Assembly: GCF_016433145.1 (NCBI RefSeq)
Contig: NC_058134.1
Location: forward strand, 283,036,533-283,100,532
Length of the DNA: 64,000 nucleotides
Direction: 5' to 3'
Source of the DNA: Gracilinanus agilis
Lineage: Eukaryota
Shown: one piece after another, positions 1-13,637 of the stretch
Position numbering within the stretch: position 1 is the stretch's first letter
Layout: each line of letters begins with the position of its first letter
Notes under the pieces: model-generated
What the model was told of the DNA's origin: nothing
Database searches by the model: none
The model's input: only the letters and a program-made list of their open reading frames with translations
Made by a program: the position numbers and the translations under genes

Positions 1-560
1 GGTATGTCCTTCAATTGGGGAATGGCTGAACAAACTGTGGTATATGCTGGTGATGGAATACTATTGTGCTAAAAGGAATAATAAACTGGAGGAGTTCCAG
101 GTGAACTGGAAAGACCTCCAGGAACTGATGCAGAGCAAAAGGAGCAGAGCCAAAAGAACATTGTACACAGAGACTGATATACTGTGGTAAAATTGAATGT
201 AATGGACCTCTGTACCAGCAGCAATGCAATGACCCAGGACAATTTTGAGGGATTTATGGTAAAGATGCTACCCACATTCAGAGGAAGGACTGCAGGAGAG
301 GAAACATATAAGAAAAACAACTGCTTGAACGCATGAGTCGGGTGGACATGATTGAGGATGTAGACTCGAAACTACCACACCAATGCAACTACCAACAATT
401 TGGAAATAGGTCTTGATCAAGGACACATGACAAAACCAGTGGAAATGTGCGTTGGCCATGAGTGGGGGGAGTGCGGGGGGTGAAGGGGAAAGTAGGAGCA
501 TGAATCATGTAACCATGTTAAAAATGAATATTAATAAATGTTTAAATTTTTTAAAAAAAG
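1..560 (+). mobile_element. LINE-1 3' fragment (end of ORF2 plus 3'UTR and A-rich tail)
   Basis: Contains ggggaatggctgaacaaactgtggtatatgctggtgatggaatactattgtgc, which encodes the L1 ORF2 C-terminal GEWLNKLWY motif, followed by marsupial L1 3'UTR and an AATAAA/A-rich end. The same motif recurs antisense near 11.55 kb and sense near 34.37 kb. Confidence 0.85.
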
Positions 561-1067
561 AATATTCATAGGCATGATGCATTTATCAGACCTGACTAAG
601 GAAAATCCAAGAGAAGGAACTTTTTTGTTATTATTATATTAAAAATCTGAACAGTTTCCAGAAAAACTGGAAAATTAAAAATAGCATTTAGTTTGTGTTG
701 GGCCCATCCCTGATAACCTGTTCACAAACCAGAATGAAAATATACCAGGCAAGATGGAGGTGGAGGTTGGTATTTGTGTTTAGAATGTCTCACAAGTGAC
801 ATCTGGGCTGGTGCAATAGCAGTCGCAGCCCACCTGGCTCCTTGAAGATAAAACTTCAATTTATTAATTACTCAATAAAGGAATATAATATTTGGTTTGT
901 CCACCAGGCAGAGATATATTCATGACAAGGCCAAGTTAAGAATATTTATTACCAGCCCAGTGGCTTCATTAACTATGTCTCAAGTAAATGCCATGAGCCC
1001 TAGAAGCCTGTATCTACTATTTATAATTTTAAGGACATCTATAATATTTATTTTTTATTTTTATTTA

Positions 1068-1254
1068 TTTTTAAACCCTTACCTTCCGTCTTGGAGTATT
1101 GGCTCCAAGGCAGAAGAGTGGTAAGGGTAGGCAATAGGGGTCAAGTGACTTGCCCAGGGTCACACAGCTGGGAAGTGTCTGAGGTCAGATTTGAACCTAG
1201 GACTTCCCATCTCTGGGCCTGACTCTCAATCCACTGAGCTACCCAGCTGCCCCC
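1068..1254 (-). mobile_element. Didelphid-type tRNA/CORE SINE (SINE1_Mdo-like), representative of about 20 copies
   Basis: Reverse complement of the GGGGCAGCTGGGTAGCTCAGTGGATTGAGAG...GGTTCAAATCTG...GGAAGGTAAGGGTTTAAAA family. Other copies (approximate): 2283-2488(+), 7330-7510(-), 7548-7747(-), 12165-12345(-), 12446-12640(+), 15211-15420(+), 21005-21185(-), 27086-27280(+), 30881-31078(-), 32220-32410(+), 39806-40005(-), 41720-41900(+), 42032-42245(+), 47350-47550(-), 47750-47945(+), 48620-48815(-), 50955-51130(+), 51160-51350(+), 52375-52560(+), 58630-58833(+), 63295-63425(-). Confidence 0.9.
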
Positions 1255-2506
1255 ATCCATAACATTTTTAACATAAAGGGATATTGTATTTTGTCAAAAG
1301 CCTCTTCTGTATTGGCAGGCCTTTAATTTTTATTGTTTTGTTATTAATATAGTTTATTATGTCCATATTTTCCTAATAATACTGAAGCAGCCCTGATACA
1401 AATTCCTGGTATTAATCTAACCTAGTCATAGTGTGGCTTTCACTGCCACTAGGCAATTGTACTCTACCTCCCTTCTCAACTCAGTATCCCATTCTCCATA
1501 AGAGCTCTTCCAAACTTCTGCTCTTATTTCATTGAACTGGCTTCTTTGAAGCTACTAATGGTCTCTTAGTTGACAAGTCCAAGGCCTTTTCTCAGCCAAT
1601 TCTCCTTGAATTCCTACAGCTTTTGTCATTATTAGTCATTCTTCTCTCTCAGTTTTCAGGACAGTTTTCTCCTAGTTCTCCTCCTATACCTATCTGACTG
1701 CTCTTTCTCTGTTTCCTTTGCTGGATCAACCTAGAGATCACATCCTCTAAGTGTCCCCCCACCTTCCTGAGTTCTGTCTTTGACCCTCTTCTCTTCCCCC
1801 TCTATGCCAGTGCACTTGGTGATCTCATTAGCTCCCATAGATTTCATTACCACCTCTACACTAATGATTCTTAAATACATCTGTCCTGCCCCAATATCTC
1901 TGCTGACTTCTAATCTAGCATCTCCAATTGTCTTTTAGACATCTTAAGGGAACTCATTATCTTTCCCCTATCCCACCCCCCTCCAACTTTCCCTATAAAA
2001 TAGAATTCCTAAGGCTCACAACCTAGGAGTTATCTGGAATTCCTCACCTTCTTTTACTTCCCCTCCCCACCCCATATCCAATCTATTGCCAATGCCTGTT
2101 TATTTCACCTTTGTTTGTAATATCTCTTGAATATATCCCATTCTCTCTTCTCACTTGCCACCACTCTTGTGACTAGACTAATAGAATTGCCTGCTGGTGG
2201 GTCTGCCTCCTTTCAGGCTCTATCTACTCCAGTTCATCCTCCATTCAGCCATTAAAGTGATTTTCCTGAAGTGTAAGTCTCTGGGCAGCTGGGTGGCTTA
2301 ATGGATTGAGAGCCAGGCCTAGAGACAGGAGGTCCTAAATTCAAACCTGGCCTCAGACACTTCCTGGCTGTGTGACCCTGGGCAAGTCACTTAGCCCCCA
2401 TTGCCTAACCCTTATGCTCTTCTGCCTTAGAACCAATACACAATATTGATTCTAAGATGGAAGGTAAGGGTTTAAAAAAAAAAAAAAAGTACAGGCCTCA
2501 TCATGT

Positions 2507-2519
2507 CACACACACACAC

Positions 2520-2557
<38 letters not shown>
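2507..2557. repeat. (CA)n microsatellite
   Basis: Direct inspection. Other simple repeats: (TG)n ~8873-8903, compound TC/TCTG ~9358-9550, (TTG)n ~13186-13208, (GATA)/(GA)n 20131-20208, (TG)n ~27988-28017, (TC)n ~35375-35400, (TG)n ~51727-51768. Confidence 0.95.
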
Positions 2558-2558
<1 letters not shown>

Positions 2559-3570
2559 TCAATAAACTCCAGGGACTTCCTAGTTCCACCAGGAGCAAAT
2601 ACAAAAAGCTCCATTTAATATTCAAAGCCTTTCATGACATAGCCCTCTCTTACTTTTAGTCTTCTTTTATTTCTCAATATGTATTCTTTGATCCAGGGTC
2701 ATTAACCTCCATCTCTTGGGTTTGGGCACTCTTTCTAGCTGTCCCCTATCTATGGAATGCTCTCCTTCCTCCATTCTATGAACTGTCTTCCCTGGTGTCC
2801 TGACTAAAATCCCACTTTCTACAGGAAATTTTCCCCAATCCCTCTTAATTCTAGTGCCTTCCCTCTATTCATTATTTCCTAATTTTACTGTATGTAGCTT
2901 GCTTTGTATTTGTTTGTATGTTGTCTCCCCATTAGATTATAAGCTCCTTGAAGAATAAGAACTGTCTTTTCCCTTTTTTTTTTTTAAACCCAGTGCTTAG
3001 CAGTGCCTGGCATATGGTAGGTGCTTAATAAATTTTTACTGATTTGTTAAAGATATCATACTAGCATTTTCTTTCTCTCTTTTATCTATCCCTGGTTTAG
3101 GTGTCATACCCATATTTGGCCTAGATTAGCAGTTTGGTAGTGTTAAACTGAACTCCAAGATGGAAGGTGAAGGTTTTTAAAAAAATAAATAAATAAAATA
3201 AAGTCTATTGTTAGTCTGAGACCCAGAAGTTGAACCTTCCCCTCAGGGAGAAACTCTCATGTGACAAGGTCAAATTTGGGGCTTTTCACCTTTAAGCAAC
3301 TAAACTGGGGGTCATCAAATCTTATTAGGCTACAAATTTGCAGACTTCTAAATTCCATGTTAACAGCAGATACCATCTTTTCTTATTTTTGCAAACAATT
3401 TATATAATGTTAGAATTGTTCTTTGAGTATTTGATATAATTCAATTATAAATCCACATGACTCTCAAGTTTTTTCTTTGAAATTACTTAAACTTCTTTGC
3501 CTAAGATTAAGTTTTTATTCTATTAATCTAAGAATTTTGCATTTTTTAAAAACTCATCCACTTCATCTAT

Positions 3571-4026
3571 TGTTATAGCAAAAAGCTTATAGAAATATTA
3601 TAGCTTATAAGAATAGAAATATTATAGCTTATAAGAATATTATGGCCAAAAAGCTAAACTTGGCAATTAAGCAGGGAGTTTTGGATAACGTTATGCCCAA
3701 GCAGGTCAGTTATCTCTCTGACTCAAGGTTCCAGGGACCCAACTCCTGGCTGACAGCCCAGGGACACAACTCCTAAGCAGAACAACCTTGAAGATTAAGT
3801 CCTGCGGCACCTGGAAGCATCCCCTACTCCCTCAATCTAACTATTAGCTCACCCTAAGACAAAGGCACCTATATCCTAGAAACATATATATTCCCTCTTC
3901 TGAATGCATGCTTCGGGATTCTCTTTGATGGGTTTCCCCAGTGCGTACTGGCAATAAAGCTTTCTCCTGCTTTGATTGCATTGTCTCGTGTGTTCCTCTG
4001 GAGGCCACCCATTTTGAACCCTAACA
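3571..4026 (+). mobile_element. Solo ERV LTR with 4-bp TSD
   Basis: TGTTATAG...CCCTAACA termini, internal AATAAA near 3954, and CTAT on both flanks (3567-3570 and 4027-4030). Confidence 0.7.
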
Positions 4027-4170
4027 CTATCAATTTTGTAGGCTTAACTGGACAAAATATTTTCCAGTAATTTCCTTTATTTCCTCTTCATTTGTTATGA
4101 CTTTTTCTTTTTTATTTTTGGTAAACTGATTTTCCTCTTTTTATCATTTTAGACACTGATTTGTTTGTCT

Positions 4171-4723
4171 TGTCTATATGGAATCTAGAAGCCCCCAAAC
4201 TTGACCTTGTAGTGTGATTGTTCTTCCCTAGGGAAAGTCCAACTTCACTAGTCTCAGACTAACTGGGGACCTTAAAGGAGTTTAGGTGAGGATGCTAATC
4301 CTATCAGATGTTAAGTATCTCTTTTGTCCCAGTGGTTTCTCCCCTAAGGCCAAAGTCCTTTACTAAACCTTTTTTTTTTTTTTTTTTTTTTGGTCCATTG
4401 TAAAGTATCTGCCCCTCACTATTATTCTTGTCTGGGACTCCTCATTTTCCTTTGTTTCCATTGTAAAGTCAATCAACTGTCCTCAGTCCCCAAGTCCCCC
4501 AGAAAGGTATTTAAGCTTCCCAACTTTAATGGCTCCTTGGAATTGTCCAATCTAGCCCAGTTAGCTTTCCCGGGGGTCAGGGACCAGAGCAATTTTAGGA
4601 CTCCGAGTAGTTATGTGGCATGCAGCTCTGTGTAGAGGCCTAACTCAGCCCTGTACTCCTTTCCTTAATTAAAGAGTGACTTTTATGACTATTTAATAGT
4701 TCTGTGTTTTTTCTAAGTCAATA
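4171..4723 (+). mobile_element. Solo ERV LTR
   Basis: TG start, ATTAAA signal near 4668, end at AGTCAATA (CA mutated to TA), GTCT on both flanks (4167-4170 and 4724-4727). Confidence 0.55.
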
Positions 4724-4835
4724 GTCTTATTAGTTTTTTTAAAAGTCTAATTTTATTTAACAACTGGAGAGTTCTTTTCAGTTTTGATTATCTTTTCTTT
4801 GATTTTTAGATTCCAATGTTATGTTTAGTTAGGAT

Positions 4836-5705
4836 TGTAATAATCGGATTTTTCAGGATGTAATAAGGGAATATTGCAGGGAGATATTAAGGGGATTAGG
4901 CTATAGGTAGTAGCTGGTTGGAATAGGGAATAAGACAAGGCAAGAGACCAAAGGCTGGAGGTAATCAAGGGAATATGCTAGGTAGTAGGGAAATTAAGGC
5001 AGAGGTATGGTTGGAATTGAGGATAGGCACTGTGGATAGGGTTTGTGAATCCCAAGGCAGTAAAGTGAATAAGGAAGGTATAATGGTAAAGGCGGTAAGT
5101 TGAGGTGATAGGAGCAGTAAGGGAATGTCTGAGTTTAGGGAATATAAACACTGAGGTATAAAGAGTTGCAAGGGAGAGGATGAGTTAATCTAAGGCAGGC
5201 AACAGCAGCAGGGAAACACAGACTGGATACTCGGGTTAGAGACAAAACACTGAAGGGAAACAGTCTGAGCCCTTCAAGTAAAAGGACACTTTACAGAGCC
5301 AGGTTAGAGCCAGCCAAGAAGGGGCTTGAAACTGACTTGAGGCTTTAGTCAGTTTCACGGGTTCACTAAGGAAGGGACTAGAAGGAGGTATTGAAGTTAC
5401 GCTTCCTCCAAAATGGATAACCTTCAGCTTCCCTCAAACTCCGGAGAGAATGTTATTCCTCTCTCTCCTCCTCCCTCTCTTATTAATCAACTAATGAAGT
5501 AGCCAAAGGGTTTTGATTAAAGACAAACTGTTTTCTAGGGTTGATTGGAAAGGTTAGAGGATATTAGGTAGCCCTAACAGCCGCCTAGAGAAAGCTTCAG
5601 GTGGGGGAAGGGAGACAGGGACCAGCCTACTCAGCCTGTTGAGGGTTTGTAGCCAAAAGGGGTAAGAAAGTTGGATACAATGATTCAATAGATAAGTTTG
5701 TAACA
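4836..5705 (-). mobile_element. ERV LTR (antisense), same family as the ~16.4-17.1 kb element
   Basis: TGTAATAATC...TTTGTAACA termini with imperfect AGGAT/AGGGT flanks. The internal block GAAGTTACGCTTCCTCCAAAATGGATAACCTTCAGCTTCCCT matches the reverse complement of sequence near 16725-16770. Confidence 0.6.
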
Positions 5706-8700
5706 AGGGTGAGCCCTATTTGACTAAACTCTCAAGATTTGAAACTAACACTCAGATCTACTCTCCTTTCAAAACTCAGACATTCAGGTAGGGAAAATGA
5801 AGATGGGAATAAGGAAGGCTAGGGAGACTCAAAGGAATTAGCTAAACTAACAATTTTAAAGGAAAAGCTGCAAAATATAGGCCAGGTTTCAATCCAAAGA
5901 AGGAGCTCAGATTGACCTTGATTCTCTCCACAAGTTCCCAGGGCCAACTGACTTTCCCAAGATTCTAAAACCCTTTTATCATCTGACAGAAGAACTCTGC
6001 AGCAAAGCCTGCAAGGCTGTTATGCCCCCTCTTTGCACCACAGGATTCAGGGATTTGCTACATTTCTAATTCTTTTAGTTTGTCCAATTTATTGAAATGT
6101 TCTTTCTTCTTTATGCTAAAGAAAATAGTTTAGTACCATACATTTTTCACATGACTAAGTTTCCATTTACATTTGAATACTTTATTCAAATATCTTTTAT
6201 TGACTATAATTTTATTTCATTGTGATCTGTAAAGGATGCTGGATATTTATGTTTTTATGCATTTTTGGCTAGTTTTCATAACTGTGCTACACATAGTTGA
6301 GAATTATTTTAAATTTCCATTCAGAAATTATCAGAGACATAACAAATGCAACTCTTCTACTATTAAGTTCCTTCACTTATTATCTTAAGTTTGTCTAAAT
6401 CTGAAAAGAGCACATTGAAGTTCTTTACTATAATTTCTCTGTAATTCAATTAACTTTCCCTTTAGTTTTGTAGATGCTATGCCATTTAGTATATATATGT
6501 GTGTATAAATACGCATATATGTAATATGTAATATTGATATTTCACTTTATATAGTATCTAAGAATAATGTAATTTTATTGCTTTTCTCTTTTTAACCATG
6601 TCTTTTTAATTGTTGTCTGAATTCATGATTTCTACTTTGTGACTGTAAAGTCATTTCAGTTATGTGTAACTCTTTGTGACCCCATTTGATAATGGAATTG
6701 TTTGCCATTTCCTTCTCCAACTCATTTTACAGATGAGGAAACTAAGGCAAATAGGGTTAAGTGACTTGCCCAGGGTATTATAGCTAGTAAGTATTTGAGG
6801 CCAAGTCTTCCTGATTCCAGGCCCACTACTCTATTTACTTCACCTGTGCCATCTAGTTGCCCTACCCCTTGAAGTAGGTACCATTATCCCATTTTATAGT
6901 TGAAGAAACTAAGTAAACAGATTTTAATTGACTTGTCCAAGGTCACACAGCTAGCAAGAAGTGTCTGAGGCTGGATTTAAACTCAGATCTTCCTGACTTC
7001 AGGCCCACCACTCCATCCACTTCACCACCTAGCTGTCAGACTATTTCAATTATAGACAATTAATGTTGATTCGAGTCCTTTCTTTTTTTTTCCCACCCCT
7101 TTCTTCTTTGCAAGAGGGGCAGAGAGAAAGAGAAACATATTTGAGGATATGATGGTAGGGAAAATGTACAATTAATAAATAACCATGATCCTGAACTTGA
7201 ATGGAAGGAACTTACCCACAATATGCAGGAGGGTAGCAGAATCAAACATGTTGTTTGCAAGAAACACACCTGAAATGCAGAGATTCTCACAATATCTAGA
7301 GCAAAATTTGTTATATTTTCAGGTGAATTTTTTTTAATCCTTACCTTCCATCTTAGGATCAATACTGTGTATTATTGATTCCAAGGCAGAAGAGCAATGG
7401 GGGCTAAGTGACTTGCCCAGGGTCACACAACTAGGAAATGTTTGAGCCCAAATTTGAACCCAGGACTTCCCATCTCCAGACCTGGCTCTCAATCCACTGA
7501 GCCATCTAGTTTCCTCTTGTTTTTATTCTAACTTTCCCCTTTTTCTTTTTTAAACCCTGACCTTCCATCTTAGAATCAATACTGTGTATTGATTCCAAGG
7601 CAGAAGAGTGGTAAGGGTAGGTAATGGGGGTCAAGTGACTTGCCCAGGGTCTCACAGCTGGGAAGTGTCTGAGGCCACATTTGAACCTAGGACCTCCCAT
7701 CTCTAGGCCTGGCTCTCAATCCACTGGGCTACCCAGCTGCCCCCCCCAAACTTCCCTTTTGTAATATCTCACTTCCTTTTTTTCCCCTGGCTATTCTTGC
7801 TGCCAAAGGAGAACTTCTTTTGGTTTACCTTGTAGTCTTCTCCTTTTCTGAGAGGTGGAGGAACAAGTTAATTTTACTGATATTCAATTTAATAGATATT
7901 TAAATACAAATGATGTAAATATCTCATTTGAAGGACTTATCTTTGCTAAGTAAACCAACATATATTTCATAGAATATAAGACTCAAAAGAACTGTGTGGT
8001 CCCCTCCCAGATTAAACTCATCCTTATCACCTCCAATCTCATCACTGATCCTGCCAACCTTGACTGACACCATCCCCCTTAGTTTCCTCTCTTCTCTGAT
8101 TGGAGAACTGGAAGGTAGAGCACCTAATTCTTCCTTCATAGAGTACCTTCCTTCATAGAGGGCACAAATTGTGGCTTTAGTTCTCTCCACTTTACATCTA
8201 CTCCAAGGAGCAGGTTGCTCCTTTGCTGTATTCTGGTGTCTCTCTCCACTCTTACTTTCCTTCTTCCTTTTGTATGTTCTCTTTCCTCCTTCCTCCATTA
8301 GATTATAAACTCCTTCGGAGTAGGGATTGTCTTTCTTTTTATACAACTTATCCTTAGCATTTACCATAGAGCCTGGCACATAATAGGTACTTAATAAGCC
8401 TTTGGGGATTGGATTGGATTTTTACAGCCTTAGGAAAATGGAAATATTTCAAATATTCAAATTTTCTAGATAATTGAAGATTACCACTTCAAGGACCACT
8501 TTTAAACATTTTAACCCTTGTAGATGGAAATCTTTCTGCAAATGGATCATTTACTTCATGATTTATTGAAAAGAATTTACTTAAACTTTTCTTTATGACT
8601 TAAGGTGATTAATCATGATGAATATCAAGGATTAAACTGTGCTACAATAATACAGGGACTAATAACAGGGACATTACTGAGGTAGAAAGGGTAATTTAAC

Positions 8701-8873
8701 TATACTAAAAATATGCTTTCTCATTTCTTCTGCTGCTTCTCTGTTGTCACTCAAGGCTACTATTGCTGTTTTGTACTACCAGTTGCTCCCTTCCTTCCTT
8801 TCTAATTTGTTCTAATTGTTCAAATATAGGTATACACACCCACACAATCCACACACGTACATGTGTGTGAGGG

Positions 8874-8908
<35 letters not shown>

Positions 8909-10259
8909 CCAGAGAGCAAGTCTGCTGTAATAGAAGACAACCTGAACCTTTTATCTATCTCAGGTTTTGGGGAATAATCTTCTAACCATGGAAATTGCTA
9001 ATCTCAGTGGGATTATTTCCTGTCTACCAATTTATCCCTGGATTAGCCAAGCCTAAACAGCCTCCATTTCTTGATCTAAAGGGGATCCAGTTAAACTATT
9101 ACCCCTTCTGCTACAACTGCCTCAGGAGGGAGAGGAGAAAGAATTCTATTGACTTTCACCCCTCCCCCTTGCTAGGATAGCCAGCTTGATCCTTTGCACT
9201 GACTCTATTACCAATCATTGCCAATCTGACCCAATTCAACACAAATAAGCAAAAAATGTTCTTAGTGAGGGAGGAAGCACTTTTCCAGTAAGTACAGGAG
9301 CCCAGTGAATTTTGTGGCACCTATTCTGACTGCTCACAAGTTCCTGATGCCCCCCCCCTCTCTGTTTCTGTCTCTGCCTCTCTGTCTTCTTCTGTTTCTA
9401 TCTCTCCATCTTTCTTTGTCTCTCTGTCTCTGTCTCCGTCTGTCTGTCTGCCTCTATCTCTTTCTCTTTCTCCATCTCTCAGTCTGTCTCTGTCTGTCTG
9501 TCTATCTCTCTGTTTTTGTCTCTCTGTCTCTGTCTCTCTTTCTCTTTTCTTTTTGGCTTATTCCTACATTCTCATTGTTTTCAGGTCATTGAACTTTTCA
9601 TATCTGTGTTCTTCAAATAAGTGAGTTGTTACAGCCTTAGCTGGCAGGGATGTGAAAATATCTCCTTTAAATAGTGTGTATTCCGTTGGATGACTCTATC
9701 AGAGCCAATAAACATTTATTCAATGCTGCCTACTGTGCTATACACTAGGGTTTCAAAGAAAGGTAAAAAATAGCCCCCCACCCCACCCCATGAACTCCAA
9801 ATCTAGCAGCACTCATCAAACTGAGGTTCTGTGTGCTCCCAGCTTCTGGCTCTTTCACTTGCAAGCCTACATGTCTAGAATATTCTCTCTTCTCATCTCT
9901 GACTCCTGGCTTCCCTCCCTTCTTTCAAGTCTTAGTTAAAAATCCCACTTTCTCCAAGAACTCTTTCCCAGTCTCCCTTGATCTCAGCCTTTCTGTCTGC
10001 AATCACCCTCAGTTTATTCTTTGGATAGCTTGTTTGTACAAAATTGTTTGCTTTTTGTCTTCCCCTATTAGACTGGGAGATCCTTGTGAACTGGAGATGT
10101 TTGCCTTTCTTTGTATCATCAACCCTTAGCCCAGTACATAGTAGGCATGGATGCTAGCTGACTGACAATAAATTTATCATACGATGTTGGACTGATACCA
10201 ACAGATGCCTATTCTGTAGGAGTTCTTAAACTAGAGGCCCACAAACTATTTCTTAATTT

Positions 10260-12160
10260 TAATTAATTTTATTTTGGGTTTATTTTTATTTTTAAATATT
10301 TTTCCACATTTCCATGATTTATTTTCTTTCCTTCCCCTCTTCCCTTCCCACTCCCAGAACCAACAAGCAATTCCACTTGGTTGTACAAATGTTGTCACTT
10401 GATACCTATTTCCATATTATTCATTTTTGCTTTAGAGCAATTTTTTAAAAGCCTAAACCCCAAATCACATACTCATATATGCATGTGATAAGTGATGTCA
10501 TGTTTTGCTTTTGCATTTCTACTCCCATAATTCTTTCTCTCAATGTGGACAGCATTCTTTCAAAAGTCCTTTAGTAGTGTCCTGGCTTGTTGCATTGCTA
10601 CTAGTAGCAAAGTCCATTACACTGGATTTTTCCATGATGTTTTGCTTTCTGTGTACAGTGTTCTTTTGGTTCTGCTCATTTCACTCTGCATCAGTTCATT
10701 GAGGTTCTCTCAGTTCATATGGAAAGTGTTGTGAGGAAGATTATTTAGAATTAGTTACATATAGGTTATATGGACCTAGCAGGAAGGGCTGGAGCATTCC
10801 AAGATGGAATGAAGGAGCAGGAAGTTGCTTGTGTTCTGAGAGGGACTCCATTAGTGGTTGGCACAAACTGTTGCTAGCCCTGGGAGATCTCAGAGTTAAG
10901 GACACCCTGCATCCTGATTCCCTGGGATCCTGAGTGGTGGTGGCTTTCAGCAAGTGGATAAGACCTGCAGAGCTGCACCAAGTGGAGGAGGGGTTTGGGA
11001 TCTGGTGGATAGCATCTCAAGCACACTCTCTGTAATTGGGTACCTTGGACCACCTTGGCTTTTGGCATCCCGTGATCATTTTTGGATGACCGTGAGAACC
11101 CTGAAAGCCACCCTCAGCCCCTTTAGCTGCGCTGGTCAAACCTAAGCAGCCTTCCAGTGACTCCGGTACTGCTCCTTTAGCCCTGCCTGGCCTAGGTCAA
11201 TTAGAATTAGAGTAGAGAAGTCCTCCCCTTGCCCTGTGGTTTTGCCCTTTAGGTTCTTAAGTGTAGAATTCCCTATCCCACTTTTATTAGTAAATCATAA
11301 TTAAAACTGTTAAAACCCTTTACCTTGCCTGCTGGTTCCAAAGGCCCTGGCCTAGGGTGAGCAGAGTGACAGTTGGGGCTAACTGTCTTTCTTGATTTTT
11401 GGTCTCCCTATCCTGGCTGGCCCTGTCTCTCCTTCAACCCAGTGTGTGTACCCACAAACCATTAGGACATATTTACATCCCTGGTGCCCCATCTCTTTTT
11501 ACAAAAGCCTCTAGATCATCAACCCTTATAGCACAATAACATTCCATCATCATCATATACCACAATTTGTTCAGCCATTCCCTAATTGAGGGACACCCCC
11601 TCATTTTCCAATTTTTTGCCATCACAAAGAATGCAGCTATGAATATTTTTGTACAAGTATTTTTCCTTATTAACTCTTTGGGGTACAAACTCAGCAGTGG
11701 TATGACTGGATCAAAGGGCAGGCAGTCTTTTAAAGCCCTTTGGGCATAATTCCAAATTGCCTTCCAGAATGACTGAATTAATTCACAACCCCACCAGCAA
11801 TGCATTAGTGTTCCAATTTTGCCATATCCTCTCTAACATTTATTATTTTCCTTTACTGTCATATTGGCCAATCTGCTAGGTGAGGTGGTACCTCAGAGTT
11901 GTTTTGATTTGCATTTCTCTAATTATGAGAGATTTAGAACACTTTCTCATGTACTTATTGATAGTTTTGATTTTTTTTATCTGAAAACTGCCTATTCATA
12001 TCCCTTAACCATTTGTCAATTGGGAAATAGCTTGTTTTTTTTTTTTTGTATAATTGACTTAGTTCCTTATAAATTTGAGAAATGAGACCTTTGTCAGAGG
12101 TTTTTTTTATAAAATTTTTTCCCCAATTTGTTGCTTACCTTCTAATTTTGGTTACACAAA
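10260..12160 (-). mobile_element. LINE-1 3' fragment (antisense) interrupted by an LTR
   Basis: The ORF 11473-11805(-) translates as degenerate L1 ORF2 C-terminus (HCWWGCELIQSFWKAIW...CTKIFIAAFFV...CPSIREWLNKLWY). L1 3'UTR continues at 10260-10726. Confidence 0.85.
10727..11503. mobile_element. Solo ERV LTR inserted into L1, 4-bp TSD AAAG
   Basis: TGTTGTGAGG...TTTTTACA termini, AAAG at 10723-10726 and 11504-11507, and L1 sequence resumes on both sides. Confidence 0.75.
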
Positions 12161-13637
12161 CTATTTTTTAAACCCTTACCTTCTCTTTTAGTATCAGTTC
12201 TAATACAGAAAAGCAGTAAGGGCTAGGCAATGGGGGTTAAGAGACTTGTCTAGGATCACACAGTTAGGAAGTATCTAAGGTCAGATTTGAACTCAGGACC
12301 TCCAGATCCCAGGCCTGGCACCCTGTCCATTGTGCTACCTAACAGCCCTGTGGTCCACAAACTTTTTAAAAAATATTTTGTTAGTTGTATCATTAGTTTC
12401 CTTTGACCTTCTATGTCTTCTATTTTATACATTCAAAAACATTTTGGGGGCAACTAGATGGCTCAGTGGATTGAGAATCAGGCCTAGAGATAGAAGGTCC
12501 TGGTTCAAATCTAACCTCAGACACTTCCTGGCTGTGTGACCCTGAGCAAGTCATTTAATCCCCATTGCCTAGCCCTTGCTGCTCTTTTGTTTTAGAACCA
12601 ATACACAGTATGAAAGTAAGGGTTTAAACCAACAAACAAAAAAAAACAGACTGCCAAAGAAGTCCAGGATGTATAAAAAGCCTAAGAATGCTTGCTTAAT
12701 TGGATTTTGTGCTGGTTTCTTTTCCTTAGGAGACCTAGTAGGTATAGGGGAAATAGCAGGGGAAGTGGTTGGGGCTTGAGTTTAGTTGCCACCATGGATG
12801 AACTAACTCTAGAGGGTGAAAGGAGGGTCTGACTGTTGAGCTGGAGCTGGTGAAAGGGCTGAAGAGGCTGGCGCATTGGGTTTTGTCACTTTAACCTCCC
12901 CCCACCCAAATGTTTTCTCCTTAACTTCATATCCTTTGAATGTGAGCTCATTCTTGAGGATTTTGCCTGCCTAAATTAATTTGGGGGCCCGTTTCTGGGA
13001 AGATTTCTTTCCCTTTTTCAGAGTCAGTTTTCTCTTCCATCCTTGACCACTTGAGGTTCCAAACCAGATACCAAAGGCAGTTCTGGTCTCTGGCTATCTT
13101 TGAGGCCCTTGCAGGTAGGGTTGGTCACCATCACCCAGTAGATCAGTGACAGTAGACTGTGAGAGTCTCGGGTCATTGATGCCTTGTTGTTGTTGTTGTT
13201 GTTGTTGTTTTCACAAGAGGCATTGAGCACACCTACTACTTCATCAAGGCCTGCTTTCCACCATCATGGCTTACTTAAATATCCACCTTCCTCTCTTCGT
13301 GTGGTTCTAATCAATGTAATTTTTTCATTCATTTGTTCCACTTTTTTCCTGTTTAATCATCTTTTCCTTGATTTGATCCCCATCCCCAAGTTCTCAGACT
13401 TAACATCCATTTGCCAGGGTTCTTATAACTCCTCCCAACCACTACTGGCTTCTGGACAGCTTTTTGTTTTCCTTCCCATTTTTTAATTAGATGTCACTAT
13501 AAAAATAAGATGCTGGGAGAGCCCTGTGGTTAAAGATCTGGCTCTGTTGTGACAGAGACTTCAACTCCTTAGAATATCTTAGAACCCTAAGGAGGAAGAA
13601 GTAGCAGCCTGGCTCTGGGAAGTGTTACACTTTAAAG

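Noticed and set aside
2283-2345. tRNA-like A/B boxes
   Set aside because: These are heads of tRNA-derived SINEs, not tRNA genes.
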